From the NCBI RefSeq assembly GCF_044704955.1, contig NC_091981.1, positions 196,974,001-197,038,000 of the forward strand: a stretch of 64,000 nucleotides of DNA, read 5' to 3'. Of this stretch, positions 37,740-50,841 are shown in pieces. How positions within the stretch are numbered: position 1 is the first letter of the stretch; each line of letters begins with the position of its first letter. Under the pieces are notes generated by a model that worked only from the letters and a program-made list of their open reading frames with translations, did not search any database and was not told where the DNA came from. The DNA is from Pristiophorus japonicus. Its lineage: Eukaryota. Both the position numbers and the translations under genes were made by a program.

Positions 37740-40700
37740 AAATATCACATTGGTGATGAGGATAGGATATCTGGATTCCCTAGCTGAAATTTTTGATGGT
37801 GGATGTTCCTGCCAACCAACAAAAAGACTTCAAGAGGTTCTTTGTTTTGCAGAACAGCTAAAAATCCAAAGTAAATTACAAGCAGACTTGGCTGAACTGT
37901 TTACGTTGCCAGAGTCCAGATAGGCATACCTATGGGAATAATAAGGCACTTGGGTGAGTTCCATCATGAACGAGAAACTTTCGGAGCGTATGTGGAGCAG
38001 CTAGAAATGTTTCTCACTGTGAATAGTATCAATATTCCCGATGATGAAAACCATAACCGAGTGGTTTTAGAAAGAAAACGGACTATTTTCTTGACTAAAG
38101 CTGTCCACAAGGTATATGAAACCCTGAAAAAGTTGCTTGTTCCTGTCAAGCCAGAGGACACACCACTGAGGGAGATTCTAATCATTGAATATATTTAAAC
38201 ATAGAAACATAGAAAATAGATGCAGGAGTAGGCCATTCGGCCCTTCTAGCCTGCACCGCCATTCAATGAGTTCATGGCTGAACATGCAACTTCAGTACCC
38301 CATTCCTGCTTTCTCACCATACCCCTTGATTCCCCTAGTAGTAAGGACTTCATCTAACTCCTTTTTGAATATATTCAGTGAACTGGCCTAAACAACTTTC
38401 TGTGGTAGAGAATTCCACAGGTTCACCACTCTCTGGGTGAAGAAATTCCTCCTCATCTCGGTCCTAAATGGCTTACCCCTTATCCTTAGACTGTGTCCCC
38501 TGGTTCTGGACTTCCCCAACATTGGGAACATTCTTCCTGCATCTAACCTGTCTAACGCCATCAGAATTTTAAACGTTTCTATGAGGTCCCCTCTCATTCT
38601 TCTGAACTCCAGTGAATACAAGCCCAGTTGATCCAGTCTTTCTTGATAGGTCAGTCCCGCCATCCCGGGAATCAGTCTGGTGAACCTTCGCTGCACTCCC
38701 TCAATAGCAAGAATGTCCTTCCTCAGGTTAGGAGACCAAAACTGTACACAATACTCCAGGAGTGGCCTCACCAAGGCCCTGTACAACTGTAGCAACACCT
38801 CCCTGCCCCTGTACTCAAATCCCCTCGCTATGAAGGCCAACATGCCATTTGCTTTCTTAACCGCCTGCTGTACCTGCATGTCAACCTTCAATGACTGATG
38901 TACCATGACAGATAATAGTCTGTCTCTCTGTTTTTACCACCAAAGTGGATAACCTCACATTTATCCACATTATACTTCATCTGCCATGCATTTGCCCACT
39001 CACCTAACCTATCCAAGTCGCTCTGCAGCCTCAAAGAATCCTCCTTGCAGCTCACACTGCCACCCAACTTAGCGTCATCCGCAAATTTGGAGATACTACA
39101 TTTAATCCCCTCGTCTAAATCATTAATGTACAGTGTAAACAGCTGGGGCCCCAGCACAGAACCTTGCGGTACCCCACTAGTCACTGCCTGCCATTCTGAA
39201 AAGTCCCCATTTACTCCTACTCTTTGCTTCCTGTCTGACAACCAGTTCTCAATCCATGTCAGCACACTACCCCCAATCCCATGTGCTTTAACTTTGCACA
39301 CTAATCTCTTGTGTGGGACCTTGTCGAAAGCCTTCTGAAAGTCCAAATATACCACATCAACTGGTTCTCCCTTGTCCACTCTACTGGAAACATCCTCAAA
39401 AAATTCCAGAAGATTTGTCAAGCATGATTTCCCTTTCATAAATCCATGCTGACTTGGACCTATCATATCACCTCTTTCCAAATGCACTGCTATGACATCC
39501 TTAATAATTGATTCCATCATTTTACCCACTACCGATGTCAGGCTGACCGGTCTATAATTCCCTGTTTTCTCTCTCCCTCCTTTTTTAAAAAGTGGGGTTA
39601 CATTGGCTACCCTCCACTCCATAGGAACTGATCCAGAGTCAATGGAATGTTGGAAAATGACTGTCAATGCATCCACTATTTCCAAGGCCACTTCCTTAAG
39701 TACTCTGGGATGCAGTCCATCAGGCCCTGGGGATTTATCGGCCTTCAATCCCATCAGTTTCCCCAATACAATTTCCCGACTAATAAGGATTTCCCTCAGT
39801 TCCTCCTCCTTACTAGACCCTCCGACCCCTTTTATATCCGGAAGGTTGTTTGTGTCCTCCTCAGTGAATACCGAACCAAAGTACTTGTTCAACTGGTCCG
39901 CCATTTCTTTGTTCCCCGTTATGACTTCCCCTGATTCTGACTGCAGGGGACCTACGTTTGTCTTTACTAACCTTTTTCTCTTTACATATCTATAGAAACT
40001 TTTGCAATCCGTCTTAATGTTCCCTGCAAGCTTCTTCTCGTACTCCATTTTCCCTGCCCTAATCAAACCCTTTGTCCTCCTCTGCTGAGTTCTAAATTTC
40101 TCCCAGTCCCCGGGTTCGCTGCTATTTCTGGCCAATTTGTATGCCACTTCCTTGGCTTTAATATTATCCCTGATTTCCCTTGATAGCCACGGTTGAGCCA
40201 CCTTCCCTTTTTATTTTTACGCCAGACAGGGGTGTACAATTGTTGTAGTTCATCCATGCGGTTTCTAAATGTCTGCCATTGCCCATCCACAGTCAACCCC
40301 TTCAGTATCATTCGCCGAGGTGGAGATCGACAGATTTTTGAATGATGAGAGGCAAAGGTTATGGGGAGTGGGCAGGGAAGCGGAGTTGAGGACAAGATCA
40401 GATCAGCCATGATCTTATTGAATGGCGGAGCAAGCTCAAGGGGCCAAATGGCCTACTCCTGCTCCTATTTCTTATGTAACCAAATTAGAGCAGCACTACA
40501 GTCCTGAGCTCCTGGAAATTATTGAAAGTTATCAATTTGGAAAACAGAATCAATTAACTGACAAGGGTATCAGTGAGTATATTGTAGTTTAAAAAAGCTA
40601 TCCCTGCACTCTCATTTCAGAAACTTTCAGCACTGAGCATTGCATGACCACTTTGTTTGTGGGATGAAAAATGAAGAGATCAGAAGGAAGTTGTTGACAA

Positions 40701-41545
40701 CAGCTAACTTAACTTTGAGTTAGCTTGTCAGACAGCTATGTCGATGGATATGACTGACAAATACACCCAAGAATTTCATACCATTTCCAATCATCAGACA
40801 ACTGAGGTGAATCACCTTCAGGTTAAAATTAAAAGTTGGGCCCTAAGGCCTCAGTATCTGGCCAGCGTAACAGTACATTGAAGTCATGTTATCGATGCCT
40901 GGGACAACACATTGCTTAAAGTTGTCTATATGTGAAGGCAGAGTGTTTCTTCTGCAAGAAAACTGGGCATCTTGCGAAGGGGTGCTGACTGAAGAGTAAA
41001 CCGATGTCCAATGCTAGAAATAGAAATTGCCAGACACTACATAGCATTGAACAGAAGCAATTGGATGAGGATGTTCTGGAGATACACATCATCAGGAGTA
41101 CGAGGATATCGCGAAGTATCGTCTCCAAGTCGATGTTGCAGGTACCAGGATACCCATGGAAATTGACACTGGTGCATCCATGAGCGTAGTACTGGAATCG
41201 CTATATCTCAACATTGAGTGATTTTCGACTGGAGAAGTCGAAGATAGAGCTGTGAGGCTACTCAGGACAGCAAATCCACATTGTAGGACGTATCACCATA
41301 CCGGTGAAATACAAGGATCAGTCGCAGAACTTGCCTCTCATAGTACTGGCAGGACACAAGCCTGCCTTCTTTGGTCGAAATTGGTTGGGATCACTGAAGC
41401 TAGTTTGGAATGATATTTTTTGTGTGGAAACTAAATTTGCATTGAAAGATGATATCTTCAAGCATCCAAAGGTGTCCAAAGGTGTTTCATGCAATAAGCA
41501 GTCTGATCCAAGGCTTCAAGGTGAGTGTCAGAATACAGAAGGACA
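37740..41545 (+). mobile_element. Decayed Ty3/Gypsy (Mag-like) gag-protease remnant, split by CR1 insertions
   Basis: PBS-like tggtgatgag at about 37752. Gag MGIIRHLGEF...LREIL (37932-38181) resumes as KLEQHYSP at about 40480. Two CCHC knuckles lie at about 40885-40985 and the protease motif IDTGAS at about 41160. Confidence 0.8.
38198..40316 (-). mobile_element. CR1 LINE, antisense, inserted in a short sense CR1 tail (38182-38197 and 40317-40477)
   Basis: ORFs 38888-40201 (437 aa RT) and 38388-38906; (catagaaa)n tail at 38198. Confidence 0.93.
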
Positions 41546-43288
41546 TAAGAACATAAGAACATAAGAAATAGGAGCGGAGTAGGCCATTTGGCCCCTCAAG
41601 CCTGCTCCGCCATTTGATAAGATCATGTCTGATCTGATCATAGACATAGCTCCACTTCCTTGCTCGCTCCCCATAACCCTTTATACCCTTATCGCTCAAA
41701 AATCTGTCTATCTCAGCCTTAAATATCTTCAATGACCCAGCCTCCACGGCTCCATAGATTTACAATCCTCTGAGAGCAGAAATTTCTCCTCATCTAAATA
41801 TCAAATGGGCGGCTCCTTATTTTGAGACTATGCCCCCTAATCTTAGTTTCTCCTAGGAGTGGAAATATATTCTCTGCATCCACCTTGATGAGCCCCCTCA
41901 TTATCTTATATATTTTGATAAGATCTCCTCTCATTCTTCTGAACTACAATGAGAATAGGCCCAAGCTACTCAACCTATCTTTATAAGTCAACTCTCTCAT
42001 CTCTGAAATCAACCTAGTGAACCTTCTCTGAACAGCCTCCAATGCAAGTATATATTTCCTTAAATACGGAGACTGTACGCAGTATTCTCGGTGTGGCCTC
42101 ACCAATACCTTGTACAGTTGTAGCAGGACTTGTTTGCTTTTATACTCAATCCCCCTTGCAATAAAGGCCAACATTCCATTTGCCTTCCTGATTAATTGCT
42201 GTACCTGCATACTAACTTTTTGTGTTTCATGCACAATAACCATCAGGTCCCTCTGTACTGCAGCACTTTGCAATTTTTCTCCATTTAAATTATAATTTGA
42301 TTTTGTATTTTTTCTGCCGAAGTGGATAACCTCACATTTTCCCACATTATATTCCATCTGCCAAATTTTTGCCCACTCACTTAGCCTGTCTATATTCCTG
42401 TGCAGATTTTTTGTGTCCTCCTCACAATTTGCTTTCCCACCCATCTTTGTATCATCAGCAAATTTAGCTACTTTACACTCGGTCCCTTCATCCAAGTCAT
42501 TAATATAGATTGTAAATAGTTGAGGCCCCAGCACTGATTCCTACGGCACCCCACTAGTTACGTTTGCAAACCAGAAAATGACCCATTTATCCCGACTCTT
42601 TGTTTTCTGTTAGTTAGTCAATCCTCTATCCATACTAATATATTACCCCCAACCCCGTGAACTTTTATCTTGTGCAGTAACCTTTTATGTGGCATCTTAT
42701 CGAATGCCTTCTGGAAATCCAAATTCACCATATCCACTGGTTCCCCCTTATCCACCCTACTCGTTACATCCTCAAAGAACTCCAGCAAATTTGTCAAACA
42801 TGATTTCCCTTTCATAAAACCATGCTGACTCTGCTTGATTGAATTATGTTTTTCCAAATGTCCTGCTATTGCTTCCTTAATAATAGACTCCAGCATTTTC
42901 CCATGGATGTTAGGCTAACCAGTCTATAGTTTCCTGCATTCTGTCTACCTCCTTTTTTAAATAGGTTCATTACATTTGTCGTTTTCCAATCCAGAATCCA
43001 GGGAATTTTGGTAGATTACAACCAATGCATACACTATCTTTGCAGCCACTTCTTTTACGACCCTAGGATGCAAGCTATCAGGTCCAGGGGACTTGTCCGC
43101 CTTTAGTCCCATCATTTTGCCGACTACTTCATTAGTGATAGTGATTGCATTAAGTTCCTCCCTCCCTCCTTCCCTTTAGCCCCTTGACTATCCACTATTG
43201 GAATGTTTTTCGTCTCTTCTTCTGTGAAGACCAACATAAAATATTTGTTTAAAGTCTTTGCCATTTCCCTGTTCTCCATTATTATTAT

Positions 43289-44345
43289 CTGGCGTCCCTC
43301 AAGGATCTGTCCTTGGTCCCCTCTTATTTCTCATCTATATGCTGCCCCTTGGCGATATCATCTGAAAAATTGGAGTCAGTTTCCACATGTTGGCAGACGA
43401 CACCTAGCTCTACCTCTCCACCACTCTGTCGACCCCTGCTTGGTATCTAAATTGTCATATTGTTTGTCTGACATCCAGTACTGGATAAGCAGAAATTTTC
43501 TCCAATTAAATATTGGGAAGACCGAAGCCATTATCTTTGGTCCATGCCACAAACTGCGTTCCCTAGCCACCGACTCCATTCCTCTCCCTAGCATCAATCT
43601 GAGGGTGAACAAGACCATTCGCAACCTAGGTGTCAGATTTGACCCTGAAATGCATTTCCAGCCACATATCTGTGGCCTAACTAAAACTGCCTTTTTCCAC
43701 TTCCGTAATATTGCCCGCCTCTGCCCCTGCCTCAGCTCTTCTGCTGCTGAAACCCTCACTCGTGTTTTTGTTACCTCTAGACTTGACTACTCCAACTCAC
43801 TCCTGGCCGGCCTTCCACATTCCACACTACGTAAACTTGAAGTCATCCAAAACTCAGCAGCCCATGTACTAACCCGCACCAAGTCAAGATCACCCATCAC
43901 CCCTGTGCTTTCTGACCTACAATGGGTCCCAGTTAAACAACATTTCGATTTCAAAATTCTCATCCTTGTTCACAAATCACTCCATGGCTTTGCCCCTCCC
44001 TATCTCTGTAATCTTTTTCAGCCTCACGATCCCACAAGATGCCTGGGCTCCTCAATTTCTGGCCTCTTGAACATCCCTCATTATAATTGCTCAACCATTG
44101 GTGGACATGCCTTCAGCTGCCTGGGCCCTAAACTCTGGAACTCCCTCCCTAAACCTCTATGCCTCTCTATCTCTCTTTCCTCCTTTAAGACGTTCATTGA
44201 AACCTACCTCTTTAAACAAGCTTTTGATCATCTGCCTTAATTTCTTCTGTAGCTCGGTGTCAAATTTATCTGTTTGTCTGTAACACTGTTGTGAAGCGCC
44301 TGGGCACATTTTACTACGTCAAAGGCACTATATAAATAAAAGTTA
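43289..44345 (+). mobile_element. L2 LINE 3' part
   Basis: ORF 43203-44240 contains LQLNIGKTE, RNLGV, SRLDYSN and KLWNSLP, followed by an L2 tail. Confidence 0.9.
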
Positions 44346-44731
44346 ATAATAATTGCTCCGTTTCATCCCCGAAGGGACCTACATTTACTTTAGCCACTCT
44401 TTTCCTTTTTATATACCTGTATATAGTCTTACTATCTGTTTTTATATTTTGTGCTAGTTTACTTTCATAATCTATCTTCCCTTTCCTTATTATTTTTTTG
44501 GTTGTTCTTTGTCGGCTTTTAAAATTTTCCCAATCTTCTGGCCTCCCACAAGTTTTGTCCACTTTGTATGCTGTTGTTTTCAATTTGATACCCTCCTTTA
44601 TTTCCTTAGTTAGCCACGGATGGTTATCCCTTCTTTTACAGTCCTTCCTTCTCATTGGAATATATTTTTGTTGAGAATAATGAAATATCTCCTTAAATAT
44701 CCGTCACTGCTCATCAACCGTCCCACACCTC

Positions 44732-47700
44732 GGAATTGGAGCTGAGGGTGCATTCACTCTGGAGCATCCACGATGCTGAGAATGACGTGAGTAGCACGTG
44801 TAGCGAGTTGGTCTTATTGCAGGTGAAGGGTCCACAGCCAGCTAGGGAATGGAAGACCAGCAGGAAAAGCAGTGCAAGAAAGGTAGTGCAGGGGTCCCCT
44901 GTGGTCATCCCCCTGCAAAACAGATACACTGCTTTGAGTACTGTTGAGGGGAATGACTCATCAGGGGAGGGCAGCAGCAGCCAAGTTCATTGCACCGTGG
45001 CTGGCTCTGTTGCACAGGAGGGCAGGAAAAAGAGTGGGAGAACGATAGTGATAGGGTATTCAATTGTAAGGGCAATAGATAGGCGTTTCTGCGGCCGCAA
45101 CCGAGACTCCAGGATGGTATGTTGCCTCCCTGGTGCAAGGGTCAAGGATGTCTCGGAGCGGGTGCAGGACATTCTAAAAAGGGAGGGAGAACAGCCAGTT
45201 GTCGTGGTGCACATTGGTACCAACGACATAGGTAAAAAAAGGGATGAGGTCCTACGAGACGAATTTAAGGAGCTAGGAGCTAAATTAAAAAGTAGGACCT
45301 CAAAAGTAGTAATCTCGGGATTGCTACCAGTGCCACATGCTAGTCAGAGTAGGAATTGCAGGATAGCGCAGATGAATACGTGGCTTGAGCAGTGGTGCAG
45401 CAGGGAGGGATTAAAATTCCTGGGGCATTGGAACCGGTTCTGGGAGAGGTGGGACCAGTACAAACCGGATGGTCTGCACCTGGGCAGGACCAGAACCAAT
45501 GTCCAAGGGGGAGTGTTTGTTAGTGCTGTTGGAGAGGAGTTAAACTAATATGGCAGGGGGATGGGAACCAATGCAGGGAGACAGAGGGAAACAAAAAGGA
45601 GACAAAAGCTAAAGACAGAAAGGAGATGAGTAAAAGTGGAGGGCAGAGAAACCCAAGGCAAAAAACAAAAAGGGCCACTGAATATAAAGGGGCTGCAGGA
45701 GGGGTCAAAACTAAAAATCATGATTTAAAAACTAGGATTAAAACACTCCACCTAAATGCACGCAGCATTCAAAATAAAGTAAATGAGTTGATGGCACAAA
45801 TCATTACAAATGGGTATGATTTGGTGGCCATTACAGAAACATGGTTGCAGGGTGGTCAAGACTGGGAATTAAACATACAGGGGTATCTGACGATTCGGAA
45901 AGATAGACAAGAAGGGAAAGGAGGTGGGGTAGCTCTGTTAATAAAGGATGATATCAGGGCAGTTGTGAGAGACGATATTGGCTCTAATGAACAAAATGTT
46001 GAATCATTGTGGGTGGAGATTAGAGATAGTAAGGGGAAAAAGTCACAGCTGGGCGTAGTTTATAGGCCCCCAAATAATAACATCATGGTGGGGCGGGCAA
46101 TAATCAAGGGAATAATGGAGGCATGTGAAAAAGGAACGGCAGTAGTCATTGGGGATTTTAACCTACATATCGATTGGTCAACTCAAATCGCACGGGGTAG
46201 CCTGGAGGAGGAATTCATAGAATGCATACGGGATTGTTTCTTAGAACAGTATGTAACAGAACCTACAAGGGAGCAAGCTATCTTAGATCTGGTCTTGTGT
46301 AATGAGACAGGAAAAATAAACGATCTCCTAGTAAAAGATCCTCTCGGAATGAGTGATCACAGTATGGTTTAATTTGTAATACAGATTGAGGGTGAAGAAG
46401 TTGTGTCAGAAATGAGCATACTATGTTTAAACAAAGGGGACTACAGTGGGATGAGGGCAGAGTTGGCTAAAGTAGACTGGAAACACAGACTAAACGGTGG
46501 CACAATTGAGAAACAGTGGAGGACTTTTAAGGGGCTCTTTCATAGTGCGCAACAAAAATATATTCCAGTGAAAAAGGGCGGTAAGAGAAGGGATAACCAG
46601 CCGTGGATAACCAAGGAAATAAAGGAGAGTATCAAATCAAAGACCAATGCGTATAAGGTGGCCAAGGTTAGTGGGAAACTAGAGGATTGGGAAAATTTTA
46701 AACAACAGCAAAGAATTACTAAAAAAGCAATAAAGAAAGGAAAGATAGATTTCGAAGGTAAACTTGCGCAAAACATAAAAAGCTTTTACAGATATATAAA
46801 ACGGAAGAGAGTGACTAAAGTAAATGTTGGTCCCTTAGAAGATGAGAAGGGGGATTTAATAATGGGAAATGTGGAAATGACTGAAACCTTAAACAATTAT
46901 TTTGCTTCGGTCTTCACAGTGGAAGACACAAAAACCATGCCAAAAATTGCTGGTCACGGGAATGTGGGAAAGGAGGACCTTGAGACAATCACTATCACTA
47001 GGGGGGTAGTGCTGGACAGGCTAATGGGACTCAAGGTAGACAGGTCCCCTGGTCCTGATGAAATGCATCCCGGGTATTAAAAGAGATGGCGGAAGTTATA
47101 GCAGATGCATTCGTTATAATCTACCAAAATTCTCTGGACTCTGGGGAGGTACCAGCGGATTGGAAAGCAGCTAATGTAATGCCTCTGTTTAAAAAAGGGG
47201 GCAGACAAAAGGCAGGTAACTATAGGCCGGTTAGTTTAACATCTGTGGAGGGGAAAATGCTTGAAACTATCATTACGGAAGAAATAGCGGGACATCTAGA
47301 TAGGAATAGTGCAATCAAGCAGACGCAGCATGGATTCATGAAGGGGAAATCATGTTTAACTAATTACTGGAATTCTTTGAGGATATAACGAGCATGGTGG
47401 ATAGAGGTGTACCGATGGATGTGGTATATTTAGATTTCCAAAAGGCATTCGATAAGGTGCCACACAAAAGGTTACTGCAGAAGATAGAGGTACGCGGAGT
47501 CAGAGGAAATGTATTAGCATGGATAGACAATTGGCTGGGGAACAGAAAGCAGAGAGTCGGGATAAATGGGTCCTTTTCGGGTTGGAAATCGGTGGTTAGT
47601 GGTGTGCCACAGGGATCGGTGCTGGGACCACACCTGTTTATAATATACATAGATGACCTGGAAGAGGGGACAGAGTGTCGTGTCACAAAATTTGCGGATG

Positions 47701-48630
47701 ACACAAAGATTAGTGGGAAAGCGGGTTGTGTAGAGGACACAGAGAGGCTGCATAGAGATTTGGATAGGTTAAGCAAATGGGCGAAGGTTTGGCAGATGGA
47801 ATACAATGTCAGAAAGTGTGAGGTCATCCACCTTGGGGAAAAAAACAGTAAAAGGGAATATTATTTGAATGGGGAGAAATTACAACATGCTGAGATGCAG
47901 AGGGACCTGGGGGCCCTTGTGCATGAATCCCAAAAAGTTAGTTTGCAGGTGCAGCAGGTAATCAGGAAGGCGAATGAAATGTTGGCCTTCATTGCGAGAG
48001 GGATGGAGTACAAAAGCAGGGAGGTCCTGTTGCAACTGTATAGGGTATTGGTAAGGCCGCACCTGGAGTACTGCATGCAGTTTTGGTCACCTTACTTAAG
48101 GAAGGATATACTGGCTTTGGAGGGGGTGCAGAGACGATTCACTGGGCTGATTCCAGAGATGAGGGGATTACCTCATGATGATAGATTGAGTAGACTGGGT
48201 CTTTACTCGTTGGAGTTCAGAAGGATGAGGGGTGATCTTATAGAAACATTTAAAATCATGAAAGGGATAGAGAAGATAGAGGCAGAGATGTTGTTTCCAC
48301 TGGTAGGGGAGGCTAGAACTAGGGGGCACAACCTCAAAATACGGGGGAGCCAATTTAAAACCGAGTTGAGAAGGAATTTCTTCTCCCAAAGGGTTGTGAA
48401 TCTATGGAATTCTCTGCCCAAGGAAGCAGTTGAGGCTAGCTCATTGAATGTATTCAAATCACAGCTAGATAGATTTTTAACCAATAAGGAAATTAAGGGT
48501 TACGGGGAGAGGGCAGGTAAGTGGAGCTGAGTCCATGGCCAGATCAGCCATGATCTTATTGAATGGCGGAGTAGGCTCGAGGGGCTAGATGGCCTACTCC
48601 TGTTCCTAATTCTTATGTTCTTATGTTCTT
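44732..48630 (+). mobile_element. Near full-length CR1 LINE with ORF1 (SGNH esterase) and frameshifted ORF2
   Basis: ORF1 44736-45548 has G(Y)S, PGA, HIGTND and DGLH. ORF2 pieces are 45626-46372 (APE), 46403-47080 and 47394-48530 (RT). TSD ACACCTC at 44725-44731 and 48631-48637. Confidence 0.93.
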
Positions 48631-49714
48631 ACACCTCAATCTATTTTCGCAGTCCACTTTAACTAATTCTGCCTTCATACCTTTGTAGTCTACTTTATTT
48701 AACCTTCGGACACTGATTTGAGAGCCAACTTTCTCACTCTCCAACTGAATTTGAAATTCAACCATGTTATGGTTACTCATTCCTAGAGGATGCTTAATTG
48801 GAGATCATTTATTAATCCTGTTTCGTTACACAGTAGAAAATCTAAGATAGCCTGCTCCCAGGTTGGTTCCGGCTCGGGCGCACAAAGTCCGTTGTTTCGC
48901 ATTTGATTTAACCCCCTCGATCATGGATCCTCATTTTTTGGCGAAATTTCCAGTTGAACGCGCAAACTTTTTGCAGGCAATATCGGGACCGCCCCGCCCC
49001 GAAATCAGGAAAGCCGAAAATCCAGCCCTAAGGCTTCTCGGCAGAGTATTCTAGTCCCCACAATAACTGCAGCACATTCCATTCTCAGGATCATGTACAT
49101 CATCTAAATTTCAAATGCCTTGGAATCCATTTAGAATCAGAAGTATACATCACAGAACATCAGTAGTGATTTAAGCTTCTGTAAATGTGGTTTATCTTGC
49201 AGGAGCGTTGCCAAGGAATGCTCGAATGGCTCTCAAAACTTTCATTAAAAATAAATTTTGGATCAGCTTACTAGTATCAGTGCCATAATAAAGGCAATTT
49301 AAACCGCAGACAAATAAGCATTCTATAGTGATCTACAGGCGCATTTTGTAAAATGGCAGAAAACAGCAGCAAGAGGACAAAAACATTTTGAGTGAACAGT
49401 ACATGCACAGAAATGTCCACATGCACATCACCAGCTGAATGCACAATGTTAGTTTTCAACTGAGTCTACAGGTCAATAGCAGCCTCTGAATGTACATCGT
49501 CAGAATTTAGCAAATTCATAGCAGCAAAGACATCACAATTCCTGCACACTCCCTTCATCGCTCAAAACAAAGGCCCAAATCAGGCACTTTCTAAAAGTTT
49601 CTTTCGACTGGAAAGACAATTGCAGCTCCATTAAATGGCACAATTAGTACAAGTCTGGCTCAGTGTTGAATTGAGCCCCACAGACCACGAAGATCCGGGG
49701 TACAATCCCCAGTC

Positions 49715-50841
49715 TTTGTCTTGCCACTGATTCCATTTCACTCCCTGTCTACCAATTCATGCTGAATCAGACTGTTCATAATATTGGTGCCTTATTCAAC
49801 CCTGAGCTTAGTATCATCTCCATCACAAAAAACGCCCACTTCCATCTCCATAACATCGCCCACCTCCGCCACTGCCTCAGACCATCCTGCTGCAAAAACC
49901 TTCATCCATGCCTTTAGCACATCAGGACTCAACTGTTCCATTGCTCTCGAGGCCGGCCTCCCATCCTCCACACTCCATGAACTTTAGCTCATCCAAAACT
50001 CATGTTGCTTGTATCCTATTCCTAGTCCTGATTGCCCATCACCCCATCCTTGCTGACCTATATTGGCTCCCAGTCCCTCACCACCTCAAACTTAAAATTT
50101 CATCCTCTGAATTCCTAATTAAATATTGGGATGACCAAAGCCATTGTCTTTGGTCCCTGCCACAAACTCCATTCCCTAGCCACCAACTCCACCATCCCTC
50201 CCTCTGGCACCTGTCTGAGACTGAACCAAATTGTTCGCAACCTTAATGTCGTATTTGACCCTGAGATGAGCTTCCGACCACATATCCCCACCACCACTAA
50301 GACCACCTATTTCCACCTCCGTTACATCATCCTATTCTGCCCCTGCCTCAGCTCATGCATTGCTGAAACCCTCATCCATGCCTTTGTTACCTCTAGACTT
50401 GACTATTTCAACTCACTCCTGGCCAGATTCCCATCATCCACTTCCATAAACTTAAGGTCATCCAAAACTCTGCTGCCCATATCCTAACTTGCACCAAATC
50501 CCATTCACAAATCAACTCTGCTTGCTGATCTACATTAGCTCCCAGTTAAGCAACGTCTCGATTTTACAGTTCTCAACCTTGTTTTCAAATCCCTCCAATT
50601 CTGGCCTCTTGCGCATCCAGGATTTTAATCGCTCCACTATTGGCGGTCGTGCCTTCAGTTCTGCAAATTCCTTGCCTAAAACTCTCTGCCTCTCTACCTC
50701 TCTTTCCTCTTTTAAGACAGTCCTGAAAACCTACCTCTTTCACCAAGCATCTACCCTAATATCCCCTTATGTGGCTTGGTCTCAAATTCTGTTTGATAAG
50801 ACTCCTGTGAAATGCTTTGAGATGTTTTACAACATTAAAGG
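49715..50841 (+). mobile_element. Two tandem L2 fragments; the tail of the second is split by the Gypsy provirus
   Basis: ORF 50131-50487 has RNLNVVFD and SRLDYFN. The tail attaaagg|...|aaaggcacta continues at 55319 and later tatatgcaagttgttg at about 55912. Confidence 0.8.

Larger units (their letters stand above)
41544..48870 (-). mobile_element. Antisense CR1 (41544-43288, 44350-44731, 48631-48870) hosting an L2 and a sense CR1
   Basis: ORFs 41944-42534, 42618-42896 and 44314-44655. The (cataagaa)n tail is at 41544 and CR1 text resumes after 48630. Confidence 0.85.

Noticed and set aside
35717-49028. Perfect 12-bp inverted pair gggctggatttt / aaaatccagccc that could delimit a 13-kb composite transposon
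   Set aside because: The flanks (att versus taa) do not form a TSD and this terminus type is common here. The two ends more likely belong to independent MITE copies.
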